DNA of 61,997 bases, from the NCBI GenBank assembly GCA_051942205.1, contig JAVECO010000142.1, positions 1 through 61,997 on the forward strand. The letters run 5' to 3'. This stretch comes from Coniocarpon cinnabarinum (lineage: Eukaryota). Below, in pieces: positions 12,830 to 26,154 of the stretch (positions are counted from its first letter, which is position 1; every line of letters starts with the position of its first letter). The notes below the pieces were generated by a model. It did not search any database, had not been told where the DNA came from, and saw only the letters and a program-made list of their open reading frames with translations. The translations under genes and the position numbers were made by a program.

Positions 12830-13926
12830 GTCGAGCGTCAAGGTCTGGGTCCGTCGCGCAATATCAAGCCTTTTCAGCTGTCCGTCTAGAACCTCCTAGA
12901 CGCGTTGCTGTGTCAGATTTTCGGGAGCTACCGGAGATCCATGCTGACTCGATGCTGACGACTTGTTATCCGCGCGTGGGATAGCGATGGCGTGATAGCG
13001 CATGCAAAGCGTAGGGCGTACATGCGAAGGTTACGAAATAACTATGCAATGGAATGACTTAAGACTTGAAACTACTTTCTAACTTCGTATCGGCCGAGTA
13101 TACTTTCTTTCTCACTAGGACCATTGTGGACTAGCACTGGCGATATCAATAAGCTAACTCTTGAACCTGCTCTGCAATCCGCGCATCTCCCCATTACATT
13201 CGATGGATGGAAACAGATCTCTAGCAATTCAAGGGTTCGCAGTCAAGCTGCCAACTGCCCTAGGAGATTTCCAAATTCGGAAGAATGAAGCACGCCACAT
13301 TACCAGACGCTCCATATTCGACAATGCACCCAGCAGCTCCTGTATTAAACTGCTTGAAGTCGTTATCGCCTCTTTAATGGCGAAACTGGGAAGTGTGGTG
13401 TCAGCAAGGCGTGTGAGATCCTCGCCGCTCCAGTGATGACGGATCTGGTGCTGCGTAAACTGCTTCGTCGTCTGCGCCACCACTCTGTGTTGCCTTGAAA
13501 ACGGTCACAAGAGCGTGCAAAGGTATTTTGAGCGTTTTCTCCCAGACAATACGAAAACATCAAGCGTGAATCGGGAGAAGCGCAGGGTCACTAAGTTTCG
13601 CAAAACCACCCCGTACCTCCTGACCCCATACACAAAGCGCACCAACAATACGAAGCCATACCCCCTTTCGTATTGTTATCCCATCACCACACCACCAACC
13701 AATGCATCCATGCTTCGTATTGTACCTAGGTCTTCTTTCTTCTTTCTCCCCTTCGTGCTCTCCTCCCCAACATGTTCCCTTCCAAACACAACACACAAAG
13801 AATTCCGCACATTGCACAACGACGCTCACCAATCAACGGCCGGCCCGATAACCTTCAAGATACGAACAAAGACGTCTTTGACATTCTCTTTGAACATACC
13901 ATACCAGACGCTGCGATTGAAAAGCA

Positions 13927-14308
13927 ATGGCGCCTCCCGAGTCTGCGACTGCGGGATCTGTGCTGTTTGCGACGCTCTTGTTGAACATTATTACGACGGC
14001 GGTTGCGCTGCCGATTGATCCAACATCTACGTCTACGTCTACTACGTCTATTGAGACATACGAAGCGGCCTCCACTGTTGCTGCTACTACTATTGCTACA
14101 AACGTCGCTCCGACTATGACGGCGACGATGGATCAACCTACTGCGGATGATGTGCTCCCTCAGGTTGAGAATTTGAAAGCTCGTGGTGATGAGGAGGAAC
14201 GTGATGAGCATGGTGGCACGGTGAGTACTCTTATCTGGCTTAATGTTGTTGCGGCTTGAATATATGGCTAACGATTCACAGAACGTCTGGGGCTGCTGTG
14301 TGATGTGA
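13927..14308 (+). CDS. Small Thr-rich protein with a hydrophobic N-terminus and C-terminal CaaX (…GGTNVWGCCVM*), 106 aa; intron 14221-14281
   Basis: ORF from ATG 13927 with signal-like SVLFATLLLNIITTAVA-LP. Consensus donor GTGAGT at 14221, branch GCTAAC and acceptor CAG at 14281 give a phase-0 splice to NVWGCCVM-TGA. Confidence 0.7.
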
Positions 14309-14578
14309 TCCTTCCAGTCATCGTAATCACATCCTCCAAGACAACATCAACACGACATTACTTGCACAGTACATCTCGACTTGCTTAGGTGTTGCTGGAT
14401 ATGGCGCTATGGAGCTGGGGGAAGGGCGTTTGAAGGGTGGGATCAGCAATTTGGACAATGCTTTGGGATATTTAATAGATGTTTGATACATAATGAACAT
14501 GTCATGAATCCAACATATCAAACCCACTTCGTCCCGATATACATTCACATCATCACTGCCTATCACAGACATCAACCA

Positions 14579-15967
14579 TCAGCTACCGTCCCGACCCTCA
14601 CTATCACTCTGCATCACAAGCCTTTCCCAAACCTGCGACCGCCGCCCACTCAATCCCTCCCGCACGAGTCCATCCATCAATACTTCTCTGACGTCTTCAA
14701 CTCCCGTTCCCATCTTCGCAAACACAACACTCCATTCTTCGTCCTCAACCACATGCCATATCCACATCTCACACGCCTCCGCAAATCCCTCCCTCACGTC
14801 ATTCAAACAACTCGCCAACCTCTCCAACAACGCCATCACGAACCCGGAATACAGCCGCGCCGATATCCGGAGTAGTTGATCCCATAGGCGAAAGGCGCCG
14901 GACATGCTGAGCCCTGGCTGCGGACGATGGGGTATCAGCATCTTTTCGCGCATGAGCGTGTCTACCAATGCTGCTGTGATTTTCGACGAGGGTGATTTGG
15001 TGGTGGCCGTGGTCTTGATGAGAGCGGACGCGGCGTCCCGCACGCTGTTTGCGATTAGATCCTGTGTTTGCTGGTCTTTGACCTCTCTTAAGCGCCGTCG
15101 TCGGAAGTCACTTAGTATTCTTTCGACGTCTTGCCTCACTTCGAGTTCTACCTCAGATCCATCCACGTTCGTCCCATCTCTCGCATCTCTCGCATCTCTC
15201 GTCGCAGACGCTCCGTGCACCATCCTTGCTTCCCGTGTTACGCTCAAATAAGCCTTCATGCCCACGTCCTCCTCCAACCGATCCCAATACCTCACCCGTA
15301 ACCACTTCACGCCTTTGAAACACATGACTCTCAATCGCCCCGTGGAGACCCGCTCTCGATGCGCAATCTCATGGCGCCATGCGACGAAGAGATCAGGCAT
15401 TCCGACTAGACGAGCGGCGTCTAACATGCTCACTTTCCGAGGGATGCTAGGGGACGGAGTATCGCAGTAGGACGTTATGAAGTGCTCGAAGGCGTGGGAG
15501 AGCGCGAGAGACGTCGTGAAGGGCGTCTGATGTGGGTGGGTGTGACGTTTTCGCTTCCGACGATTGGATGGTCTTGCAGACATTTTGGTGCTTTCGGTCG
15601 AGTCCCGATGCTTCTCCACGATGGAAGTGCTTTCGTCGGCGGTCACATCGACATCAGGTGAGCCGCTTCCGTCGCTACCATCGTTCTCCTCGTGTGCATT
15701 GTCCTCATCAGACGGAGAGATCTCATCGGATGACGCCTCATCGTCCGGTTGGTCACTCAATAGCGCATCCACAAGAAGTGCCGTACACTCCACAGCCTTA
15801 GGCAAATTCGCACGGCGCAACTTATATGCATGTATCAACGCGAGCGCGCGGCGCCGAGAGTTCTGCGACGAAAGTTCTGTGGAAGTGACAGTGGAGCCGA
15901 AGAGAAGCGTGCGTAGGTCCAGAAGATCTGATGGACTTTTCCAAGGCGTGGGCGTGTAATGGTGCAT
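14579..15967 (-). CDS. LAS1: Las1 HEPN endoribonuclease (pre-rRNA ITS2 processing)
   Basis: N-terminal TPW motif, LPKAVECTALLVDA, SMLDAARLVGMPDLFVAWRHEIAH (HEPN RxxxxH), WLRVRYW. Confidence 0.85.
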   Translation of the reverse strand: MHHYTPTPWKSPSDLLDLRTLLFGSTVTSTELSSQNSRRRALALIHAYKLRRANLPKAVECTALLVDALLSDQPDDEASSDEISPSDEDNAHEENDGSDGSGSPDVDVTADESTSIVEKHRDSTESTKMSARPSNRRKRKRHTHPHQTPFTTSLALSHAFEHFITSYCDTPSPSIPRKVSMLDAARLVGMPDLFVAWRHEIAHRERVSTGRLRVMCFKGVKWLRVRYWDRLEEDVGMKAYLSVTREARMVHGASATRDARDARDGTNVDGSEVELEVRQDVERILSDFRRRRLREVKDQQTQDLIANSVRDAASALIKTTATTKSPSSKITAALVDTLMREKMLIPHRPQPGLSMSGAFRLWDQLLRISARLYSGFVMALLERLASCLNDVREGFAEACEMWIWHVVEDEEWSVVFAKMGTGVEDVREVLMDGLVREGLSGRRSQVWERLVMQSDSEGRDGS

Positions 15968-16499
15968 TCTGCTTCGCAATAAATATTTTATTGTCGTGAT
16001 GATTTAATGGTTTAGTATGATGTGCTTGTGACTTGTGTTACAATTTTTACTGGGATGGCGATGCGTCTTTTAACAGTCACCTTGTCATCGTTAATGGCCC
16101 TCAAGTGCCTAGAGTACTCAATCTCGTGCAAAGCCTTATGTCTAAACACGCTCCGGAACGGTACCGAATAGTGACAGTCCCACGTATGCGTTGTTATCGG
16201 CCTGATCCGCCCGCAAGGTGAAAATGTGTGCAGACCCTGTCCACCTCGAGAGCCCCTTTTCGCTGTTGATTATTTCGCCGGTTGAAAGTCAAAGCAGGTA
16301 GCTCATGATCAATTGAATGACGTGAAAGACTACACTTTAGTATAAACAGACTACACATCAGTAATAGACACAAGGCTGTGTTACTATTGGATATAGCATA
16401 ATTCTAATACACAAGCAGGAATTGCTCGTCTGGATCTATTCCACAAAGTCATGTCCTTCGCAATCATGGTCTGAGTGTATCCACCGGAGTCATGCCTCT

Positions 16500-19400
16500 T
16501 TAGAAATAGCTGGCTACGTCAAAGTCGAACCTTTGAAGCTCTTTCCCGGCATCCTCGACATCCTTCTTCGCCTTCATCCGCATGTAGAAAATGGGACAAT
16601 CCTTGCTCGAACAAATGACTTCGTTGTGCAAACTCCCCTGGCATCTCTGACACTGAGTCCACAATCGACCGAATCGCACCTCAAGTTCACTCATTTTTGA
16701 CAGCGTCTTCTGATACAGCTCTCCAAATCGAGGTCGGCAATTCTCACACACTGCGCCGGCGCTCTCGTCTTTGCCTGCCAGTGGCTTCTTGCAGCCCATA
16801 CAAGTTTGCGTCTTCTTCGCAAACTTCATGAGGCCTCCTGTAGCTGGTGCTGCGACGTTTATCGATCGGGTGTGTTCACCAGTTAGCAGCTGGCCAGCCT
16901 TCTTTTCTCCCAGGATGGGCTCGAAAATACGACCAAGTGGCTTTGCGAGCTGGTTATCTAGATAGTACTTGGTGTCAATCGACAAATTGTTCTCAAGTAC
17001 GTAGATAGGGTCTTCTGCCTTCTCATAATTTTTGGCGTTAGCGCGACCCTTGACGATCACATATGCAACACGATCTCCCAGTGCTGGCGCCGAGCCGGCA
17101 TCTCGCTTTTGCATCTTCTTTGCAAGCTCAACGTGAGCCTGTGTCGCAGCATATGCGTCTTTCGCATCGTCTTCTGTGCTTTTCGTCAAAGCCTTGGTGA
17201 TCACAAGCTTGGACATGTCGACCTTGTTCTGAAGAAGCTCTGCAATAGTCTTTTTAACATAACTGTGCAAGCAAATGTTAGTCACGTTCTCCCTGAGGTG
17301 TTGATGAGAACTTCGGACTCACTCTTGTGCGCCGTCAACATCGCGGTCCATGAGAATCTTCTTCAAGACGGTCTCAATGACGGTCTGAACAAGTCGGCAA
17401 TTGTCTCGTCGCACAGTCTCAATACCTTTGGTGTCCATCTTGTCATACTTCTCCGGCTTCGACCAGTACAGTCCCGCATATCTTTTCTTGTTGATCAGCA
17501 GATAGGGAAAATACACTTTCTCAAACTCGAGCTTGATTGGTTTGATAAACTTCGATGACACATATGTTGCAGCTTCTTGTCCCATCTCCATTGCTTTGGA
17601 CAAATCTTCAACACCAAACTTGACCATGACAGAGTCGGTGTCACCGTAGATGACCTGTGCATCATGTGAGTAGCCATTGGCTATATTGTACTTGGCTTCA
17701 ACCTCGTGTTTTGTCTTTTCAATCATTTGACGACCGTAGCTTGTAGTGCTGCTGGCAATGGCAAGACAGGGCAGTTTACCGACCGTTGCCCCAGTGAGAC
17801 CGTAAACACTGTTGGCACTGATTTTCAAAGCAAGCTGCCGACCGTTCAGCACAGCTTTTTTGAATGCGTCTGTCTCAACTGCAAGCTCCTTCTTGGCCTT
17901 TTTTCGGGCGTTCAGGAGTTCTTCCAGAATCTGCGTCAATAGACCCTTGCGTACTTTGCTGGTGCAGAAAAGGTCGCCGTTCGGTGTAACGATATAGTCG
18001 TCGTCCTTCTTCAAACCCATCTTCTCCACCAAGACCTTATTGGTTATCAGAGTTGTGTAACAGAGATTGTGGGCTTGAATGATAGATGGATACAGTGAAG
18101 CGAAATCGAGCGTAGCAACTGGGACATCGTAATACCCTCGGCTTGGCTCAATGACTGTGGCGCCTTCGTATTGGTCATCTGAACTTTCGCTGCGAAGGTT
18201 TGGGATTACAAGCTGCTGCTCTAATGCTTTGCGAAACATTTGGCTGATGAATTTGACTTGTTGCCCCTTGGATAACAGAAAATTGAATGGTACACCCGTG
18301 ACTCTCGCCATCTCAGTGAGATTGATCAGACACATAAGCTTGTCCATCAGCCGCTGGGGCAAATATGCATCTTTCAAGCAGTACACCGCAAGGCGACGTC
18401 GCGCCTCTGGAGGGCCGTTGAAGAGTTCAGTAATCATTGTATGATGAACGTCTTCTTTTTGTTCATTCAGGAATTCGGCGCAGACGGAGTTCAAAGTGTA
18501 ACTTCTCAAGTGGTAATCTCTTTGGATGAGCTGCAGCAAGTCTAATTGAATCCGACCCGGGATGTATGTTGCTTCTGTGTTGCGGTTGCCCATTTGCTTG
18601 CTGGAGAAATTGGTAGGCTTGTGGTCGGATCTGATGTTCTTTAATCGAGATAAAAACGGAAACTTGGGTACTTTTAGATGCTTTGCACGGTCTAGAAGGT
18701 AGGGAAAGTCGAAGTTGGCGATGTTGTATCCGATTATCACGTCTGGATCGACCTCTTCCACGAAATCTCGCCAAGCTGTCAGCATCTTTTGTTCTGCAGT
18801 GACTGCATCTCCTTGGAACTCGAAGATTTGCGTGTTGACGATCAGGCTGCAGGTATCAAGCGTGAAGACGTTCCGTACGAATGGCTTTTCTTCTCCGTAC
18901 CGTGTGACTACATTGGCAATTTGAATGACCGGATCCATGTTTGCCTCGGGGAAAATCCCTGCACGACCTGCACACTCAATGTCGAATGATAATACTCGTA
19001 AAGGCGCCATCTTCACCCAGTCGCCTTCTGCGGGATGAGGCACAATATTTCTGAAGTGGACATAGGCTTCCAGCTGGCAGTTGGAATGTCGATCTCGTTG
19101 TGGTATCATCTTGTACTTCCCCGCTGGGACCTCTACCCAAGACATACCTTGGATGTTGCAATCGATCATAAAACGAAGCACGTATTGAATGCTGTCAAAG
19201 GTCATGACTCCGCCCTCGGCACCTTTCCACAAGCCCTTGTACGCCGTACCGTCGCCAGTCTCAATTGTTCTGCGTACAGCGTTGATGAACTTGGGGTCAG
19301 TGACAGTAATCTTCAAGTATGGACTTTTTTGGTTGCCCTGAAAACCGAATAGATTTTCACGCATCACCATCTGTACTGACTGGATGGCTGGCTGAGTCTG

Positions 19401-19959
19401 GGCGATCTTAGTCTCAAGGAATGCTTTGAAACCTTGACAATCTGATTGGGTGAAAGACACAGGCGCAGCGACGTAGAGATAGTGCATGAAGTCTGTGACA
19501 TGGAGTAGTACCGAGTGACCGGCCTTGCAATGCGTGTCAGTGGCGTTCGTGTAGACTTGATCTCACTGTACGAACCTCAGAAGTGCCGTACAACTTCACG
19601 GTAGCTTTGCAGCCATGCAGAGTACCCTCTTCGGCATCGATCTGCTGAAAGCATAAATTGTCGGTGTGTTCGTTGAAGCCGTCCAAGCTCGGCCGAGCCC
19701 ATTGCTGGTCTTTTTCTGCATTGTGCTTCTTGAGGCCGGAGATGTCTTGAGTCAGCTTTTCGAGAACCTCTTCCTCAAACTGACTCTTGGGTTGACTAGA
19801 CCCAATTACTGGTCCACCGGCAGTCACCTTGCGTGGGGTCTTGACGTCCACTGGTGATCCATCGTATCGACGCTTTTTCCCAGCAGTCGGAGTGTGGAGC
19901 TTGTGTCTAGTATTGGTGGCATCCGCCAAAAGGTGCGGAGTGAGGACAGCAGCAGGCAT
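16500..19959 (-). CDS. POL3: DNA polymerase delta catalytic subunit; introns 19524-19575 and 17263-17322
   Basis: ExoI SFDIEC, polymerase motifs [17 protein letters not shown] and YGDTDS, and C-terminal CysA/CysB (CMGC..CENC; CQRC..C..CPIFY). Confidence 0.98.
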
Positions 19960-20051
19960 CACGTACGTTGCAAATGCGGCGGGAACGCAGCTGCAATGCA
20001 GCGACGGAGCAGTTGACAAGATCAATGGGCAGTAATTTGAGATGCGTGACA

Positions 20052-20074
20052 AAGTCGCGTTAAGGAAGTCGCGT
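20052..20074 (-). promoter_or_regulatory. Two MCB-like ACGCGA elements (direct repeat AAGTCGCGT) about 100 bp upstream of POL3
   Basis: AAGTCGCGT at 20052-20060 and 20066-20074. MBF/MCB control of replicative polymerase genes is established in yeasts. Confidence 0.55.
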
Positions 20075-20312
20075 CACTGACACGTCCCCAGGTAGACCCT
20101 TGACTAGGCGCTAGTCTTTGAGTAGCATTAGCGTGATTACTGCCTGCACATAAAGATATCGTTTGCTTTATTGAGTACTCGCTCGACCAGCTGATGAGCG
20201 GATGAGCCAATGAGCCAATTAATTTGGACAGATTTGATAGCCATCCGAAGTAATGGCAGTCTTTGCTCGAAATGTGCCTATAGGAATTCTTGTAGTAGCA
20301 TTGCAATGACTA

Positions 20313-23300
20313 TCATTGATCCAAACCCTCCAATTCCACTAAGCGTTTCACTAAACTCACAATGTCCTTCTGCGAAGCTTGATCGATGTCATCAGGATGC
20401 TCGAACCACGTTCTGAGCTTTGCATCGATCACGCTCCTTAGCCGATTAACAAGAACGCCAATACGAGCCCATCCTCTGACACGCATCCAGCCATCGACAA
20501 CCACACCTCGGCCAAGCTTGTCAACTTCCATGCCGCTGCCAGCGAACAACAAGACTGCAAAAGTGCCTGCTGGACTCAGCTCCCGTGCAAAGACTTTGCT
20601 CGTTGCTACTTTGTTCCAAAAGCTCATGAATCCAGGGTTGCCTGGATAGCCCTGTGCTGAAAATAAAGTAGACGAAGGATGTATGAAGACTCGGCCATTA
20701 CTCTCGTCGAAGAACTGTATGGATTTCGCAGATGGATCCAGTGGTAGATTGCCTGAAGACGTAGCTGTGTACTTCGTTGGGGGATAGAGTATTCGTAGCG
20801 TTTGAGGGCTGAGAGAAGCCAACACGAGCGCGTTCAGCATTGATATAGACGAGCTGTTGGTGTTCGAGTCTTTGGACACGCTCCCTGAAGCAACACTAGG
20901 AATGCCAGCCTCTTGCAAGGACGCGAAATATTGTTGACGTGTTGACTCGATGTCGTTGAGCGTCTGATTGGATAAGAACTTACTATCACACCAAGCTCGT
21001 AGCTTACGCTGCGGCGAACCAGCGACGTTCACCTTACTCCACTCGTCAAAGGCACGTAGGTCAGTTAAGAGGTCACCGATATTTTGGCCCCGGCCAAATG
21101 ACTCTCTTGCTTGTTTTGCTTCGTCTCTCTTTTCCTGTGGACTTACGAAAGGGCTACCCACAGTCAAGATGGCAGCAATGGTAATGGAAGCCTCAAGACA
21201 GCCAAACAATGCACCTAATATCATGAGCTTTGCGCAACGCAGGTCAGCTGGTATCATCGCCATGAGTTCACCAAGTGCGGTGAGCGATTCATGATCCGTT
21301 GCACCCATGCGTTTCAACAAGATCAAAGCACCCTCAATAGCCACGATTTCAGGAGGTGTTATAGTTTTGCTTAGAAAATCAACGACGTCGTCTTTACCCA
21401 TGGCCTTCACACTGAGGCACAGCTGCTCCAACGGTGTCCGGCGGATCTCAGGCTCTGGCTTGTCCGGCATTCTAGAGGCCTCCGCCTGTCGAGTAAAAAG
21501 CTTGTAAGCCTTACCAGCAGAAACTCTGCCGGCTCGACCACGCCGTTGCTGACTTGCAGCTTTGGATGCCCAGACCTCGGCAAGCTTGACCATGCTCGAC
21601 TGCGGGTCATACTGGGTCTCTTTCACCCTCCCTGAATCTATTATAGCAACAACGTCAGGGATTGTGATCGATGTTTCTGCAACGTTAGTAGCTGCGATCA
21701 CTTTACGTTTCCCACGGGTTGCAGGGGGAAAGACGCGACGTTGTTCCGCTGGCAACAGACCAGCGTGAAGTGGCAAAGCATGAAATCGTGAATTGCCTTG
21801 AAAGACGTCCAAAGTTTTCTTGATTTCCATAGTGCCAGGAAGGAAGATTAAAATCGCGCCAGATAACACTCCTAGCTCTGCGTCAATGTGACTATTAAAT
21901 CAAAGTTAGTGCATTAGCTTTTTCGTATATTGATGGGGAATCGCTCACTTTGCGAGTGCAGAGATTAATGAGTAGTTGATTCCTATGCCGACTGATTGGA
22001 CGGCTTTCGAAAGCGTTGCAGCTCGATCGGTTTCCATGTACTCATCTTGTAACACTCTGTCGTCCCTGAATGAGGTCATGCGAACAACGTCGTCCAGATA
22101 GTAATCGTCAACCGGAAACGTACGGCCTTCTACTTCAATTTGCGCAACATTTGCGGGCCCTCCGAAGTAATGCAAAAACGCCGCCGCGTCTAGAGTGGCA
22201 CTCATCAGAACGATCTTCAGGTCTTTGCGCCGCTCGATGACGTCTCGCAACAAAGCCAGTAGGAAATCAGTATCCAAGCTACGTTCGTGGACCTCGTCCA
22301 CCACTACATGGCTGACATCAGCCAAACACTTGACGACATCTTCCGCTTGCCCGCCACTAGTTTGTAGGCGTCGTAATAAGACTCCAGTAGTGCAGAACAA
22401 AATGCGGGTGTCACGAGATTGTCGCGATTGGCCTCGTATTGCATAGCCAACTTCATTGCCCACAACATCACAACGTTCTTCAGCGACACGATCTGCTAGG
22501 CCCAGTGCTGAAATACGCCGTGGCTGCGTACATATAATCTTCGTCGCCGACCCGAGTTGACGTTGTATCATGTCATCGAGAACGAATTGGACGCTTTGAG
22601 TGGACTTCCCAGATCCTGTCGCCCCTGATATTATGGTAATTTGGTGCGTTTGGACGGCTTCTACGATTGCATCACGTTTCAACCATGCTGGTAAAGACTG
22701 GCGAGCTGCAAGCATTTTCTGTTGAGGAGGAGTCTGCTGTCTCTGCTGCCAGGCCCTGAGCATGGACTGACTGACGGAGTCACCCGGTGACCTCCTTATT
22801 GGTTCTGGATGCTGACGTTTCTGCCTCTGCGAAGTCCTCTCGAATCTGTCATGTTCAGCGAAACCTGGTGTAGTAAAGTTTGCGACATCTCTTAGCGAGC
22901 CGGGGTTATCAATAACGCGATTGGCATTTTGCTCCAACCAATCAACGATGTTGAAAATCATTGATTGTCCCAAGAACTCCGCTTTTGCATAGACTAAAAC
23001 CTGATGCGTCATATCAAGCTTGATGTATGAGGGAAGCTCCCCAATTATTCGTAATACGGGCAATGATTCAGGGTAAGTCTTTTCGCCGAGCAAGAAATTG
23101 GCCCACAGCGTGCTACACGAGTCATCTGTTTCCAGCTGGATGGTGCATGAAACATCAGACGATTGTGAATAGCGCTGGCCGTATATTGACTGGAGTGCAT
23201 CCTGCTCTTCGAGCCATTCGCTGGGACTACAACTCTGGGACTTCAGTGACAACGGCGACAAGTCCTGAACATTCTCAGCGTCGGTCGAATCTCCAAGTAA

Positions 23301-24605
23301 GGATTGCTGCAACATCACCGCGCTATCATGTTCGTTGCTGCGACAAGCGTCATACATGTCTTCGCAAAGCTCGCGTGTATAGCCTCCGGCTGACAGCCGT
23401 CCAATGGCAGCTTCCCTTCGTGGATCGCCGGCCTTGCTCACGCCAGCCACGTAGTTCTCTGGTAGTGCCCACTTGGGCAAGTCGTCTTCTGGAACATGAA
23501 TCAGAAGCCATTCCAGAGTTTCTTCGCCATCTTTGCAGATGCTAACAGCTTCTTCACAGTGGCTTGGACGGAAGCCGCGAGAGATCAGGTCGGCAACAAC
23601 TTGTGCTTTCATTTTGCTTGACATCACGATGCCGTTTGGGTTCCAAGCGCCTTCTCGTCTGACAAGGATTTCAACATCTCGCCGAAGTCGCTTTCCTATT
23701 TCAACGCGAGGAGCGGTCTTCCAGCCTCGCAATGGATCTTTGCCTAGGTTTGTCAAGTCAGTTCAATACGGTTCAAGCCCAACCAAAAAGAACAGCAGAT
23801 CTTCAAGGCATTCAAAATCTAACATGACAGTGCACATCTGCTACCACGCGCAGCTGTGAGACTCACCGCCTGCCGCCGCTAGAAGGTCTCCACTGGCTTG
23901 AGCTTCTTCACGTTTGAGCTTTTGTTTCTCCGCTTCTTCTCTGCGTTTTTGAGATCTTGCACGCTCTTCTTCAAGCTCTTTGTAAGCTAAGAAGGGATCT
24001 GCACTGTACATCCAGGTTTTACCCTCTTTTACGTCCTCAGCTTTGATCTCGCGAAACGGACCAAGCCAAAGATCCTTGTACTGGGGCGGAAGGGTCAAAT
24101 GAATGTTTTTCATGTTTGCCACTCGGAAGAGCGCCCACGTTGCAGCAAAATGACGTGCCTCAACAGCTGTCTCGCGTGGCTGCAAGTGCTCATGGCTCTT
24201 GGGGAATCGCATCGGAGGCAACTCAGTGACTTCTTGCGTCTTTTTGTTCTTACGACGCAGGATTACAGAAGAGACGAAGCCCGACGGGAGTCGATGCATC
24301 GTGTACTCAGGCTTCTCCCATTGCGCTTTTTGGCAATGTTCGTTGAAGAGATTGAGTGGCAGCTTTCCAGTCCATGACGTTCCCGCAAGAAGCTCGCGAG
24401 TTGTGGGCTTCTTGGGTACATCCTGTGGATTGGGTAGACTAGCATCCTCTACGCCTCCCTTAGCCTTCGCATCTTTGGATGTTTCTGGAACAGGCGTCCC
24501 AGTATCGCCCTTTTTGCTCTTGCCTTTCTTGTCGTCGCCTTTTTTCTCTACGGGCGCTTTCTTCGCTGGACCGCCATTGCGAGGCGGGTGAGGATTTTTG
24601 GGCAT
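20313..24605 (-). CDS. DEAH-box RNA helicase, DHX57/YLR419W/Ucp12-like; introns 23744-23866 and 21892-21948
   Basis: GATGSGKST, DEVHER, MSAT, TNVAETSITI, QRRGRAGR, HA2 region; N-terminal dsRBD-like, UBA-like and RWD-like segments. Confidence 0.93.
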
Positions 24606-24903
24606 ACACAGACCCGGTCACGCGCTGAAGGCTGTGATATGATTAGTGACGAGCCTTTGATCGGTTCTTGATGATCAAGTTATCTCGCCAATAAGTAGAC
24701 TCGAGCCGGTCCACGAAATTATCCGAACGATAAATATCGACGTAGCCGCAATATCTGTGGATATCTGTCGCCTTTCAGCGACCAAATATATGCCAATGGG
24801 TACTGATCACTTTCAGAGAGCACGAAGTGCTTCTAAGCAAAGCTTCATACCTAGCTTTGACGATGATACGTACTTTGTGATCAATAAAACGGACCAACAC
24901 AGA

Positions 24904-25943
24904 ATGGATGTCAACGAAGCAGACGCTATCACTGAAGACGAGATTGCTGGCAATGCACCTTTCGCAACTGGGTCCGCTGGTGGAACTAGTTGGGATGCAC
25001 CTCCTGTTTTGAAGAAACCTCGCAATGCCTGTAAGCCGCGTATCTCCTTCAGCACACTGTGCGGTTCATAAAATCGTCTTTTTTGCTCCTAACGCAAACA
25101 GTCACTGAGCTCATGTCACCCAGAAGCAACTCAAAGCCTGATGCCAATCCTCCACGATCAGCCGTCAATCCGCATCCACATAGGACGAAGCCAGATCCAC
25201 ATACTGGCGTTTCACTGAATAATCTTCATGGTCGTGACGCTCTGGGGGCGTATCTTGTCAAGCCTGAGTCATTTCCCTCACCACAGCGTGTGCTCCGATA
25301 CAATGACAAATTCGTCACGATTCACGATGCTTACGCTAAAAGCACCATTCATCTTCTCGTGATGCCCAGAGACATGAAGATTGCAGCATTGCATCCATTC
25401 GATGCTCTGCAAGATAAAGAATTTCTGCAAGCCATCCGAGACGAAGTCGCTGCCATTAATAAGATCGTGGCAAGCGAGCTTCGTCGGCTCTTTGGTAAGT
25501 ACTCAAAGGCCGACGCTGCCCGCAATGAGGCTCTTTCTTCAGTAGACCTACCCGATGAATTGCCTGCTGGCCGTGACTGGGAGGCAGATGTCATGGTTGG
25601 CGTACATGCACATCCTTCTATGAACCACATGCACGTTCACGTCCTGTCGCGCGATAGACACAGCGAACTTCTCAAGCACCGCAAACATTACAATAGCTTT
25701 TCGACAGAGTTCTTCGTGCCACTTGATGACTTCCCGATGGCAGCCGGGGACAGGAGACGACGTCCAGACGAAGCAAGATATCTTGCGCAGGACATGTGGT
25801 AGGTCTTATCTTTAATCGTCACTGAAAGGTCCATCGCTAATGGCTGGTGTAGCTGCTGGCGATGTGGCAGGAACTTTGGCAACAAGTTCAAAGCACTCAA
25901 AGACCATCTCGAGGAGGAATTTGACGCGTGGAAGAAGGAGTGA
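24904..25943 (+). CDS. HNT3: Aprataxin (HIT plus Zn finger, DNA 5'-deadenylase); introns 25031-25101 and 25799-25852
   Basis: HAHPSMNHMHVH HIT motif, KHRKHYNSF, spliced CWRCGRNFGNKFKALKDHLEEE. Exon 1 splices to give RNAFTELMSP. Confidence 0.92.
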
Positions 25944-26154
25944 GAAAAGAATCCTTCTGTATTACGGCGCCGCCGTTTCATAGCCGTAGCCGTAGTCGAA
26001 ACGGGCACGAATCTCTTGGCGCGATCGCGCGACTTGATCTTTTGGTTTGGTCACGTGTTTTCAATGCACTCAAGATTTGCGGCATCTGTTTAGTCTTGAC
26101 TGTCCATTGGCTTCTTCTTACACCCACTGCTAGATCAACACACCACCTTTCGTC

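Noticed and set aside
13161..13563. Short ORFs between OAC1 and the CaaX micro-gene
   Set aside because: No recognisable domain, non-ATG starts and no supporting splice structure.
15176..15201. 9-bp tandem repeat (CATCTCTCG)x3
   Set aside because: It is an in-frame coding repeat (RDA units) in a variable LAS1 linker, not an array or mobile element.
15996..16002. GTGATGA box C-like word, also at about 3932
   Set aside because: No box D (CTGA) at a suitable distance and no terminal stem seen, so a snoRNA is not supported.
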